Shown: positions 40,205-52,587, counted from the stretch's first letter. The stretch is DNA of 64,000 nucleotides from Mytilus trossulus (GCF_036588685.1 NC_086377.1:25482001-25546000), one strand, 5' to 3'. Notes: a model not told the origin generated them from the letters alone. Numbers and translations: made by a program.

Positions 40205-41057
40205 TAAAGTAAAATCACAAAAATACTCAACTAGAGGAAAATCAATTCGGAAAGTCCATAATCACATGGCAAAGTCATATAACAATACGCATCAAAAACG
40301 AATGAACAAGAACTGTTATATTTCTGACTAGTACAGGCAGTTTCAAATGTAGAAAATGGTGGATTAAACCTGGTTTTATAGCGCTAACCCTATCACTTTG
40401 ATAACTATATGATGTTTAGTAACACGTCCTAAATCACACATGCATGATTAGATGTTTCAATTTAGCTTCGACTGATAGGTTTGAATGTCCCGTTGGTTTC
40501 TTCTACCACCCCTGTTCTCGTCTTTTAGATTTACTATTTTGTTTTACTTTAGTTTGAAAGTCTTTCTGGTATCTATCGCCCTTATTGTGTTGGGTTTTAT
40601 TATTTTGAATTACACATCTGATATTTAATTTTACAAAAGGAAATTTAAACCATGATAAACTATTACCCGTAAAATAACACCAAATTGATATTTTGAATTG
40701 ACTATTTAGAATTACTGATCTGATATTTTATTTGAAAAGGGATATTTTAACTATGATTCATGATTACCCATAAAATAACACTAAATTTCCAAGCCCCCCC
40801 CCCCCCTCAAATAATAAGGCATAAGATATCATAGTCAGTAAGTTCATTTTTAAATGTCGTTAAAAAGTAAAATCACAAAACTACTGAACTTAGAGGAAAA
40901 TCAATTCGGAAAGTCCATAGTCACATGGCAAAATCAAATAACAAAACGCATAAAAAACGAATGAACAAGAATTGTCATATTCCTGACCTGGTACAGGCTT
41001 TTTCAAATGTAAAAACTGATGGATTAAACCTGGTTCTATAGCGCTAACCCTCTCACA
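40205..41057. repeat. Two copies (40205-40400, 40864-41057) of a ~190-bp interspersed repeat
   Basis: aaagtaaaatcacaaaa..gaggaaaatcaattcggaaagtccat..ggattaaacctgg. Further fragments near 22340, 31665, 34890 (-), 36900 (-) and 45510. Confidence 0.75.
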
Positions 41058-44000
41058 TTTAAAACAAACGAACAATTGACCCGCATGTACTAACATCGGT
41101 GACACTTTTTATCTGTTTCTATTGTACATTGTTAACTGTAAACTTCGGAGAAAATGGTGGACAATGAATAGTCATTTAAATTAGGGATACACATGTTTTA
41201 TTAAACTCCCATCTGATTTCTTGTAGACTAAGACTAATCGACATGTAATTTAAAAAAAATATAGAATTGTGAAATAAATTCATTTCTGCCAATAAAGCTT
41301 CGCAATGTCTTTAAAAGGATTTCATTTTATAGCACGCCCAAAGAAAAACCATTGCCAAACATCAAAAAGTTCCGTTCTCAAGTTAGTGAAACAGCCAGAC
41401 ACACAGACAAACACAAGTATAATATAAATAAGATCTTTAGGGTTAACAGTTTGTCATACACTGGACCTTTATAGATCTTTTAATTGAGCATGGGAAAAGT
41501 ACTGAATATATTCCAGACAAAGAGGTAGGGTCATTTTCTGCTGACTTTTTTCCATTTGATAAAATAGGTTAATCATGTTTTTAAAAAGCCTGATTGATGC
41601 TTATTATAGTTATGAATATACGTCACATCATCTATTTTCATACCTTGAACAGGTATTTCTACAATAAACAAGGCCAAGACGATTTATTTTTTGTTTTTAT
41701 CAATACTGATTTTGTTTGTAAATGTTTAGAAGTGTCCAAATATAATTCATTGAGTTATCAACTAGAAGATGTTCAAAATTAGTTATGTTTAAAAAACCCG
41801 TTGCCTCAGTTAGCGTGTTAATATCGGTAAGTGATTGTAGTGTACATGCATTATATAGCTTTATTCAACATAAAACTAACAGAAAAAAACAATCCAAAAA
41901 TAATTAAAACAAACACATTTAATTTATGGACGGTGGTAACAATGTCAGTACTAGTACACAGTTTGTTGTTTTGAAATTGTTCTGCTCTGGCATTTCTTCG
42001 TTATGTGTATATTACACACAAAACGTTAGGGCTTCATTGTGATACATGATCAATTATCGTGTTATTGGTTAATATGTACAAGCACCTACTTCAGTTTGAC
42101 GGCAATTGTTCCTTGCATATATATAATAAAGGTGAACACAGTAATTGAAAGTAGGTGAAGAGTATGGATAGTTATAGGAACGCACACAATAAGCAACACA
42201 TTACTTTTTTCTTTAATGAAATGATTTATAGTCATAATGACTCTTTGAATTAAACAAACATCCCAAAATATGATAGGAATATTAAATTTTAATATTTCAA
42301 CACAAAAAATGCAAAAAATCTTTGTGAGATTTGAACACGTTCTTTAAAAAGCAATCCAATATTTAATGTTAGTAATATGCGCTACCGATGGAGCCACGGC
42401 GACTCTTAAGGACGAATTTGTTATTAAGCAGCTATATAGTTGCACTTGAGTGATGTTCCACTATTTGTTAAAAAAAGTTGTTTAAGGTGTTGAGGACAGT
42501 CTAAGCCAATTTCATTTTTTAGGATAAAAAAAGTTGTACAAAAACACGGTATATTCCGCATATTTGACTTTCGTCTTTTTTGGGGGTTAATTAAAAAAAA
42601 ATCAGACATCATTATATATAAAAATCCAGATATTGATCAAAAATCATTTTTATTTCTTGTTTTTATCGTAAATTTTATTCTTCCAGCACTTTTTGAAATT
42701 GGCCCTTCTATGAAGAAATTGACCTTTCCTCTTTTACATTTTCATGATACTGCACGATTTGAATATTGTGAAAGAGTTTGCTGTAATTCTTTAGAATTTG
42801 TACGGATCCACATTAGATTGACAACACTGGTTGAATATAACTCATCACGATATTTCTAGAAACAATATCTCACTGTACAAACAAATGTAGTAAACATTTA
42901 AGAAAGATGTTCAGTTTAGGTGACCAGGTTTAAGATGGTACATCATAAAATGATGAAATATCATTATATGATATCCAAAGGATAGAAGTTCAGAGTTGTG
43001 TTTTGTTCCTCTTTCGCGAAAGATGTAAACATGTTAAAGGTTACTTAGACCATTAGTTCGTCGTGTTGAAAAACGCTACTTTTTATATTTAATAAGAAAC
43101 TAAGAAAATGATACAAAGTTAATCTGAATGTTGATTTTTCTTTACTTTAAGTTTATTATATAACACAAGTACATCAAAGTTAAAAGAAATATACATAGTG
43201 GAGATATTTGTTAGCAGTAAATCATGGACACAAAATTACTTCCCCTACTCTGGTTCACAGAGTTATACTCAATACATAGTTTGACCGTCTATTATTCAGC
43301 ACAAAAACTGCACAAATTTATAAGGTAACTAGTTCTTATCATTTTTGTTACGGATATTACTCCAACTGTGTATTGTAGTTGATGAATGTGAACAAAAATG
43401 AAAGATGGCAAATTATAATGAATCCAACATTTCTGTAATGCTTCACTAATCAATAGAGCGCTTGTTCAATGTTCGATAATTCACAATAATAATTAGATTT
43501 ATCTTTTAATTGTTATTATGTATTCAAAGTCAAGATGATTAGGTTAGAAATAAGGACGTCCGGTTTGCAATATATATTTTGTACTTTATATAAAATGTTA
43601 GTTCCATTAGTTCATACATAATACACCAATTAACACTAAACATGTATCCTTATTGATTAATGATCTTTTGTCAGTCAATGTAAGAGATAGAAAAATCAAG
43701 TGAATAAACCCATCATAGAAACCAGGACTAACTTAAGTATATACGCCAGACGCGCGTTTCGTCTAAAAAAGACTCACCGGTGACACTCGAATCCAAAAAA
43801 GTTTAAAATGCCAAATAAAGTACGAAGTTGAAGAGCATTGAGGACCAAAATTCCTAAAAGTTTGGCAACATACAGCTCGGTTATCTTTGCCTGGGGACGA
43901 AAAGCCTAAGTATTTAAAATAATTCAAAATTTTGTAAACAGTTAATTTATAAATATAAATACTGAACTTCAGTAGTTCAAGTAAATGTCTTCAATAAAGT

Positions 44001-44185
44001 TGAACACACTTACTTTTTCAAACAATGTATCATCTGTAATATATTTACTCAAACATTAAAGATTGTTATACCAAAATTTAAAATTGATCACATTGTAATG
44101 CAACGATGGAGATTTCTGTTAGTATTGTCGTTATCATGCTGATTTATTCCACAATTATTGTCACCGTTGTCAGTCCTGTTGACCA

Positions 44186-47100
44186 TCAGTTCTGGTACGC
44201 AGGCGCATTAGGGGTGATTTGATGTGAGTACATGTTTCTGCTTCCTGTTTGTGGCGGATATATATAACCGGTTGTTGTGTTTGTTTGCTGGTAAGTATAC
44301 CGTCCTTGACTTTCATAATGATTATGGCCAGTGGCTGAAGGATATTGCGTGGCTGTTGTGGCTGTTGTAGTTGGTGGTATGAGTCTACCTCGTTCATTTG
44401 ATCCTCCTATAACAATGTATTAAATCAGATTCACTTTATTTAGTGGTTTGTCTCACATTTAATGATATTTATATATTGCGAAAAGATCACTCAAATACCA
44501 AACACATAATTGATAAGTATTTTCTACCCAAATTGATGGATTTTGACATTTGAAATGCCGTTACTTGTTTTTGCTGAACTTTTAAAGAGGTTCGGACTTC
44601 TTTACAAAAAAATGTTTGACTTTAATTAATTCACCAAAGCAAAGATCTGCGTTATAAATGTGATATGAGAATGCAAAACAACGACATCCGGAATCAACTT
44701 AAGAAGATTTTAATCGCGAAGAAACAAGGTTTCCTTAAAGAACTGGCCTAAACAAATATATGTTTGAGCTAGATCTACAATTGGTCATTGCTGGCAACCT
44801 CAAAGCAAGGTTGTGAAGATCAACTATTGCACCTTATTCCCAAATTGTGTTAAAAACGTATTCCATGGGTTAAATGTGGGATATTCCAAATACAACTAAA
44901 CCCAGGACAAGTGATTTGCAATTATGAAAGAATGAAAAAAATATTGCCCAAAGGTAAACAAACAAATGGAACTGACAATTATGAAACTTTCAAAAAGTCT
45001 ATGTACACTTACTGATTACGAATGAATCATTACGATGTCTTCTTCTACACAGGGCACAAATTATAAGTAGAAATGCGAGAAATCCTGCTGCACCAAGAAA
45101 TATTCCTATAATGGCTCCTGCATCCTTACAGCAATGTTTTTTACCATCTATTTCGGTTGAACCACAACAACCAGTAAGGCAGAACTCGTAGATCGAGTAA
45201 TCGTTATAGGAAAATGGTGACCATTGTTTATAATAGCACGATCCTGCATTACTTCCAGCTGCAGTATGATAAAAACTATTGGTTAGAAAAAATGCATTGT
45301 ACAGTTTATATGGAGAAAAAGAAACCATTTGAAAGTTTATTATTAAAATTCATAATTTTAAGACATATACATTGCCTTCCTTAGGGATAATTTCTCTACT
45401 CTCAGAATAATATGAAATACAACTGTTCTTTAATGTTCAACGATAAAATATAAACACATTCAGTTTAGTTATGAGCTGTTCGTAACTGTTATAGGATAAA
45501 CGTATTGTAAAAATAAAATAACAAAACTATCAAACTCCGAGGAATATTCATAATCAAATGGCAAAATCAAAACTCAAACACATCAAACGACTGTCATATT
45601 CCTGACTAGGCTTCTGTGCTAGGGTAGATTGTAAAAAATTATTATAAGTGACGTATTTTAGACTGGAACTTTGTGACGAAAAAGAAGGAATAATTGTCCG
45701 TAAACTGCATAAAAAAGGTAAATGATAACATCAAGTATCTATCACTGGTGTTAAACTGGTAACCATAACTGGAATTACGACGATCCCATAATGGAGACGG
45801 CAGAAATAGGTAAAATCTTTACAATAATTTTTCTCAAATGCAGCATGTTTTGTCAATAATTACTCAGCTGCAAGGTTTTTCTTATACATCATATTTCAAT
45901 CTTAACGTAGTACTGTTATTGTCTAAGTGCTTAGACAATTGCCGTTGGAAAAATCGGGATGATTATCGTAACTCTATGGCATTGTCCTTGTTTGATAATC
46001 GCAATTTCCTAATTGGATAATAATAACCGAAAAAGGATAAATGTGTCTTCCAGCATTTCAATGGTATTTTGTGTGTAAAAACGAAAATTTCTAGTTAAAC
46101 GATGACATTAAAAGGGCAATAGCTGTTTACTGATGTTAATCAATTTCTCATATTTGATTTATAACAATGAAAACTTTATCCAAACTATTGGATGTCTTAA
46201 ACAAGCAATTAGACGCCATTGCATTAATTATCGAGTTGACCATATAAGCGATGTGAACCTGAATATAGATATAAATAGATTAAGCAAACTCGTGCTGTTG
46301 GATTATTCTAGGTCTATTTTATTTCATATTAAAGATAAAAAACAAATGTTTACCATCGTTTGTACCTATATAAGAACGATTTTTTTGGATCGAATCAGTC
46401 AATCAAATGATTTATCTTTGTTGCACATTCAATGTTGACATTCTTGCTCTTTCAACAATTCTACACATACAATTCACGTGTTATCCATCTAAGGCTAAGG
46501 GGTTATATTTTGTTTTTTTACTCTTTTACGCAAAATAAAATAAATGAAGTAACTTACAGGTTAATATCTAGGACAAATTTACTTACATATCTCGATTTAT
46601 AACTGACAACAGTGTGCATAACTTTTTAATATATATACATGTTCCTGTTAAAGATATGGAAAATGAAGCAGCTACCGAGTCAGTTATTATGGTAAGTAGA
46701 TATTTTAATTTCATTCAAAGTTTCAATGTTGCGTGCGCGTTCAATGTTATTTTTTGATAAAAAAAAAAGGAGGGTATTAAAAATCCATTGCTCTAAATAA
46801 AAGTCCCGTATACCACAAATTTGATATGCCATGCTAGTATGTTTTCCTCTAATATCATGTTGAGACTAAAATTCTGCGTGTAATGAACAAAAGTTTCCAC
46901 CAATAACTTTTTGACTACATTATCGGATTTAACAGTTGATACTTGTATCGGTGTATATGAGTGTTCATATTGCCCTTTTCCTTATTTTTCAATAAAAATG
47001 CATATCTTTGCTCATTGTTGAAGGCCTATAGTTGTAAATGTATGTGTCATGTTGGTCTCGTGTTTCTGTGTATTACTGTTCTAATTTATTCTGTTTAGTA

Positions 47101-47207
47101 TGCTTGAAAAAAACACATTTAAAATTAATGCGTTAAGGTCAAGGTCAGTACACAATACGTATAATAAACTTACCGAAGATTGACCATAGTACTACAAGTA
47201 TCCTCAT
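44186..47207 (-). CDS. Six-cysteine single-pass membrane protein, paralogue C (166 aa, long tail)
   Basis: Exons 47207-47174 (MRILVVLWSIF), 45258-45013 (AGSNAGSCYYK..YEFCLTGCCGSTEIDGKKHCC-TM-CRRRHR) and 44406-44186 (GSNERGRLIPPT..YIYPP..APAYQN*). Phase-1 GT-AG introns. Confidence 0.88.
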
Positions 47208-49217
47208 ATTTCTATTTGTATGAACGGGTACGTCTCATTTAATTTTATTTTCGTTTTAAGTTTATTTCCTGGTTACACGGGAAAGCGGAAGGTTTCACTT
47301 CCTTATATGACTAATAATGTGTTCTATTGATAATTATGAAATGGAACTTTATTGATACATGTTGTATTGTTATTGATTATAACTTCCGTGATATGAAGGT
47401 CGTGAAATCAAGCACAATTAGTTCAAAACATATTTTATTATTCTGTTTATTTAACTATTTTGTACTCACAAAGACAATGTTTTTGTTCGTAAAGGTGAAT
47501 TCGAATTTCGTTACAGGCCTTATACGTGTAGCGAACATATTCGTAGGCAGGAAAACCTTCAATTTTGTATCAGATGAGGTCGGCGTTCAACACACTTATC
47601 CACTAGAGAGGAGGTTTGAACTCACAGCCTAGTGATCACTCAAAGTAGACTAGTTAGACAAAATTACACCCAGACAATGAAAATAGCACTTCAAATTATG
47701 TTCATGAACTATTCATGAAAGTCCTTATCATATAATGCTCAAACCGAAACTTTCGATAGTTTGCAATACGAACAAAACGAGATCAAAGACAGTAAAGGAT
47801 TAAATTTGTTTTCGGAGGCGACAGCAGAAACAATGACAATAGCTAAGTCCAATCATGATCATCAATACTGGATCATTTACAAATTTGCACCGACATGAAC
47901 AACCGGAAGTGTGAAATAGGTAAATCATGACATGTTCATTCTTCTGGAGCATTAGATATTACCATCGGGTTTTGTTTTAATTCTTGTTGCTGATTTATTA
48001 GATATATATGGCAATGTAATGTTTAAGTGAAACTGTTATAAATGAAAAAACTATCAACCAAATTTCAAATAAGTAAAAGCAAGCAATGATTGGCAATCAT
48101 ACGCCATTCGACAAGGTTAAAAAAATGTAGACCGTAAAGTCGGCTATAAAAGGTCCCTACATAATACAAGTAATAATTTTATAACAATTCAATTGAGAAA
48201 ACTATCGGCATAGATTAAAGAAAAAAAATATGACAGACATGAATTAACGTTAACCACTGAGCTATATGCTCCTGATGTTTATTGAGGTTTGATTTTTGAT
48301 TATCTTATTAGAAATAAGTAAAGGTGTTAAGGTCAACTATCCACCAGAGCTGTAATGACGTTGACATGATCAATTATACAGCGCACACACTTCAAGAATG
48401 CTTAAGTAATTAACACAATAACATCATTTAATTTCAATAAAACATTACAGTTGCAATGAATTTCATAAAAGAAAAGAATGGTTGATAAAAATAGAAAATG
48501 TAAAAGACACATTTTTCAAAGACACCAGCCAGACCAAAGATCACCAAACAGTTTATTTAAACAAGTTCATCTGTTCAACTGGACACCACACTAAATTCCG
48601 AAAAAACACTAATACATAACAAACAAAAATGTGTCCCAAAAACACGGATTCCCCATCCGCACTATCATTTTTTTACGTTCAATGGACCGTAAAAATGGGA
48701 TAAAATCTTTAATTTGGCAAAAAAATTATAAATAGAAAGATCATATCATAGGGAACATGTTAATTAAGATTCAAGTTGATCGGACTTCAACTTCATCAAA
48801 ACTACCTAGACCAAATACTTTAACTTGAAGCGAGAAAGACGAACGAGCGAACGAACGGAAGGACGAACAAGCGGAAGCACAGACCAGAAAATATAATGCC
48901 CATATGTAGGGCATTAAAAACACACGCTTAATGCTTGACGTTCATTTTTTGTGGAAATCACACCTTAAATACTTCATACCTAAAATTAGTTTTAATTAAC
49001 TATATTTCATATTTAAATATTTTAATATATATAGCAAAAAACAAAATAAACTATAGCATAATCGTTACATGTTTCAAGGAAAAATAAAACAACGAAACAA
49101 TTGTGGAGAAAGCAGTTGTTGTATTTTAATAACAGCTGAAAACTAAGCAATGCAAGGTCTTCTTTGCAGACGCATTCGCAATATATATTGTGACGGGCTC
49201 TCATTATCAGTTCCAAA

Positions 49218-52200
49218 TTATGTTTCATGTGTTATTCCGTGACTTTGATACTGCTTTTGACCATCTGTTGACAGATTCGACGGTGAACCTGGTTTCACTA
49301 ATCTGTCTCGTTCAGACGACACATCTGAAATAATTATATGATTTAACATGAAATACATAAACCTTTATTGTTTTTTCAGTTTATATGTGTGTTTGTGTGT
49401 ATTGTTTTATTCCCATTTGTTAGCTTTATAAAGATACAATATAACAATTCATGAAAAAGAAACACAAAAAAAATGTAAACAACACAGGTAAATGTCGTCT
49501 GAACGTTTTTGTAAAACTACAATTTGATTATTTCAGGCTGAAAAAAAAAACGACATTGAGAGGCCTTTTTATAAGCATACATTTACTTGATCTAAACACG
49601 GAAAGTTATAAGTAGAGCATTGTAGTTTCAGACAATAAATCAATCGCGTATCTTAACAAACAAGTAATTTTTGGGGCTCATTATAGCTAGATGTTCAGTG
49701 TGAGCCAAAGCTCCGTGTTCTAGACCTTACTTAATTGCTAACTTTTACATCATGTACATATTGTGACAAGGATGGAAAGTTGTCTTTTTGGTACTGATAC
49801 CACATACTCATATATCTATAAACAAGCCTGAAATTCATTGGTTGTCGTTTGTTAATGTGTTACATATTTGTTTTTCGTTCATTTTATTTGTAGATAAATG
49901 AGGCCGTTAGTTTTCTCGTTTGAATTGTTTTACATTGTCTTATCGGGGCCTTTCATAGCTGACTATGTGGTATTGGCTTTGCTCATTGTTAAAGGCCGTA
50001 CGGTGACCTATAATTCTTAATGTCTGTGCCATTTTTGTCTTTTGTGGATAGTTGTCTCATTTGCAATCATACTACATCTTCTTCTTTAAAATTTATAAGA
50101 ATAGATTCCACTAAAAAATATACCTTTATGTGTGTAATAATGCAATACTTTGAAAATGTTTTGTAACGTTACAAAATCAAATTCACATACTAGTATATCT
50201 ATGAACAAGATAAATTCTTCAAAATATGAAACAAAAGTGAATCTTGCTCAAAAAGGAAAACAACATGTTATGTGTGTCCGAATCAATTTTTTGGATTAAC
50301 CTCAATTAGGAACGCTGACAGCTGAAAAATTTAAAGCATAGAATATAAAGGGACCAAATTCATACCATTTACAAGTAAAAGTCTACGTCGTTTTTGTCTA
50401 TACACGAAACCAGCAGTGACTACCAGTCCAACGAAGAGAACCAAAGCAATCAGAATTCCAATTGTAGCACCAGTAGAGTCACAGCACTGATTAATACCAC
50501 CACGTTTATAGGCGCCACAACATCCAGCAAGACAGTACTCATAATGCGTCGTTGTATTTGTATAGAATTCAAACGGTTTTGGAGTGAACACGTTCATATG
50601 TTCATAGTAGCATGATCCTGCATATACTTCAGCTTCAAAGAAAAAAAGCGTCTTTTGTAACACCCAATCAATGACAATAAACTACAAATAGGCGAATTCC
50701 ACTTATAAATAATCTTGCAAATCTATTTGAAGTACTGTTTACGGCACTCAAAGTTATAAAATAAAAGCGGAAATAAAAAATGTATATGCAAAAAGATATG
50801 TTATGTAAAGACACTAAACAGGAGTTAGTACTTGAATAACACGTTCAATAACTTTCGCTTTGGGAGATGTGAAAATTTGTTTACGATAAAAAAAAAATCA
50901 TATTTCCCTGTGCCGATGCCCTCATGTAGTATACATTTTCTTAGCTGAACACCATGGGAAGAATAAACTAAATGTATAATACTTTTATATCTATATGAAA
51001 TTCCATTTTGTCTTCTTGAACATGTTACCTTTGATTTTAACTAACTAAGTGACATTTCTATCCTAAAAATAAAAATAGGGAAAACGCAGAACTGTATAGG
51101 ATCTGTCCTTGTCTTGTAAAAACATGATATCAAGCTGATAATTTAAAACTTGCAATTTGGCTAATAAAAAGTTCGAATTTCATATATATTTGATGTCTGA
51201 TTATAGTTATCAGAAGTACCAGGATTATAATTTTATACGCCAGACGCGCGTTTCGTCTACATAAGACTCATCAGTGACGCTCAGATCAAAATAATTAAAA
51301 AGCCAAACAAAGACAAAGTTGAAGAGCATTGAGGACCCAAAATTCCAAAAAGTTGTGCCAAATACGGCTAAGGTAATCTACTCCTGGGGTAAGAAAATCC
51401 TTAGTTTTTCGAATAATTCAAAGTTTTGTAAACAGAAAATTTATAAAAATGACCATATAATTGATATTCATGTCAACACCGAAGTGCTGACTACTGGGCT
51501 GGTGATACCCTCGGGGACGAAACGTCCACCAGCAGTGGCATCGATCTAGTGGTGTAAATAGTTATCAGAAGTACCAGGATTATAATTTTATACGCCAGAC
51601 GCGCGTTTCGTCTACATAAGACTCATCAGTGACGCTCAGATCAAAATAGTTAAAAAGCCAAACAAAGACAAAGTTGAAGAGCATTGAGGACCCAAAATTC
51701 CAAAAAGTTGTGCCAAATACGGCTAAGGTAATCTACTCCTGGGGTAAGAAAATCCTTAGTTTTTCGAATAATTCAAAGTTTTGTAAACAGAAAATTTATA
51801 AAAATGACCATATAATTGATATTCATGTCAACACCGAAGTGCTGACTACTGGGCTGGTGATACCCTCTTTTAATTAAAATGGCAGAAAACTTATAAAAGT
51901 AAAAAGCAAACGTATGTTCATACACGGACGGACTAAACTTTCCAATAATTTTTATCAAAATTAGATTCATTGGCATTATACAGTATATCTACATTACATG
52001 TTCTATATGCCAAATGTTGAGAAAGCTAGGAAAACCCGCAAATACCTAGTTTTGGATAAGCTTTTGATGAAAGAGAGGTAACCTATTTTTACCTAATTTA
52101 ATATCGATAAAGCTGTCAGATTTATCTTTCCAGTTGTATATCAATATTTCTGTAAATGTATTTGAAAGAATAGAACATTTCTTTATAAGTAATGATTTTA

Positions 52201-52587
52201 AAGCACAGTTTGAAAACACTACATCATTCATTAAAAAGTTCTAGTCCAAATTATTTATATATGATTTGTATTCAATTACTATACATGAATAAAATATTTG
52301 TGATAAAAATGCAAATTTCACTAGAACAGTATTTAAGGGTGTAGACCTTTGTCCTGGGAGATAACTCTTTGAATCAGTTATGCGTTTTTAAAAGTCAAGT
52401 ATCATCAATGTATTTTAAGCATTTACCTGAAACAGATTAGATATAGTCTATGTAACCTAGAAGCTTAGAATATATTTATGAAAAGGGTTAACACAAATGT
52501 ACTGATGATTTTAAGAGTTACTTCCCTTAACCAAGGTCTACCTCCTTAAAACTTACTGATTAACGACAACAATATTCCTTTAATCAT
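49218..52587 (-). CDS. Six-cysteine single-pass membrane protein, paralogue D (134 aa, short tail)
   Basis: Exons 52587-52557 (MIKGILLSLI), 50632-50366 (TEVYAGSCYYE..YEYCLAGCCGAYKRGGINQCC-TM-RQKRRR) and 49324-49218 (DVSSERDRLVKPG..THET*). Phase-1 GT-AG introns. Confidence 0.85.
51236..51280 (-). ncRNA. Type I hammerhead ribozyme (copy 1)
   Basis: GCGUCA-CUGAUGA-GUCU(uaugu)AGAC-GAAAC(gcgc)GUC^-UGGCGU. The catalytic core is intact, with stem I GCGUCA/UGGCGU, a 4-bp stem II and a minimal palindromic stem III. Predicted cleavage between 51243 and 51242. Confidence 0.88.
51591..51635 (-). ncRNA. Type I hammerhead ribozyme (copy 2)
   Basis: Identical to copy 1. Predicted cleavage between 51598 and 51597. 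Confidence 0.88.
52337..52545. mobile_element. TTAA-targeting MITE (Kolobok-like) next to the exon-1 donor of paralogue D
   Basis: ttaa|GGGTGTAGACCTT...AAGGTCTACCTCC|ttaa, with the imperfect TIR extending inward. Confidence 0.7.

Larger units (their letters stand above)
51203..51867 (-). mobile_element. Retrozyme-like / Penelope-associated non-coding tandem element, 355-bp unit x1.9
   Basis: Direct repeat starting at 51203 and 51558 (I saw one mismatch). Each unit carries a hammerhead core on the minus strand and a gtcagcac-TTCG-gtgttgac hairpin. Confidence 0.85.

Noticed and set aside
42320-42405. tRNA-like A/B boxes on the minus strand (a similar case near 47560-47680)
   Set aside because: No cloverleaf can be built; at most these are degenerate tRNA-derived SINE heads.
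44170-44397. 75-aa minus-strand Q-rich ORF
   Set aside because: It is the wrong frame of paralogue C exon 3; splice phase and homology to paralogue A support the other frame.
46588-46645. Possible extra exon in paralogue C intron 1 (AG...GTAAGT on the minus strand)
   Set aside because: Its phases do not match the flanking exons and there is no counterpart in the other paralogues.
51319-51877. Duplicated ORFs MKSIEDPKFQ...
   Set aside because: They lie antisense within the non-coding hammerhead repeat, start at TTG, and show no protein features.
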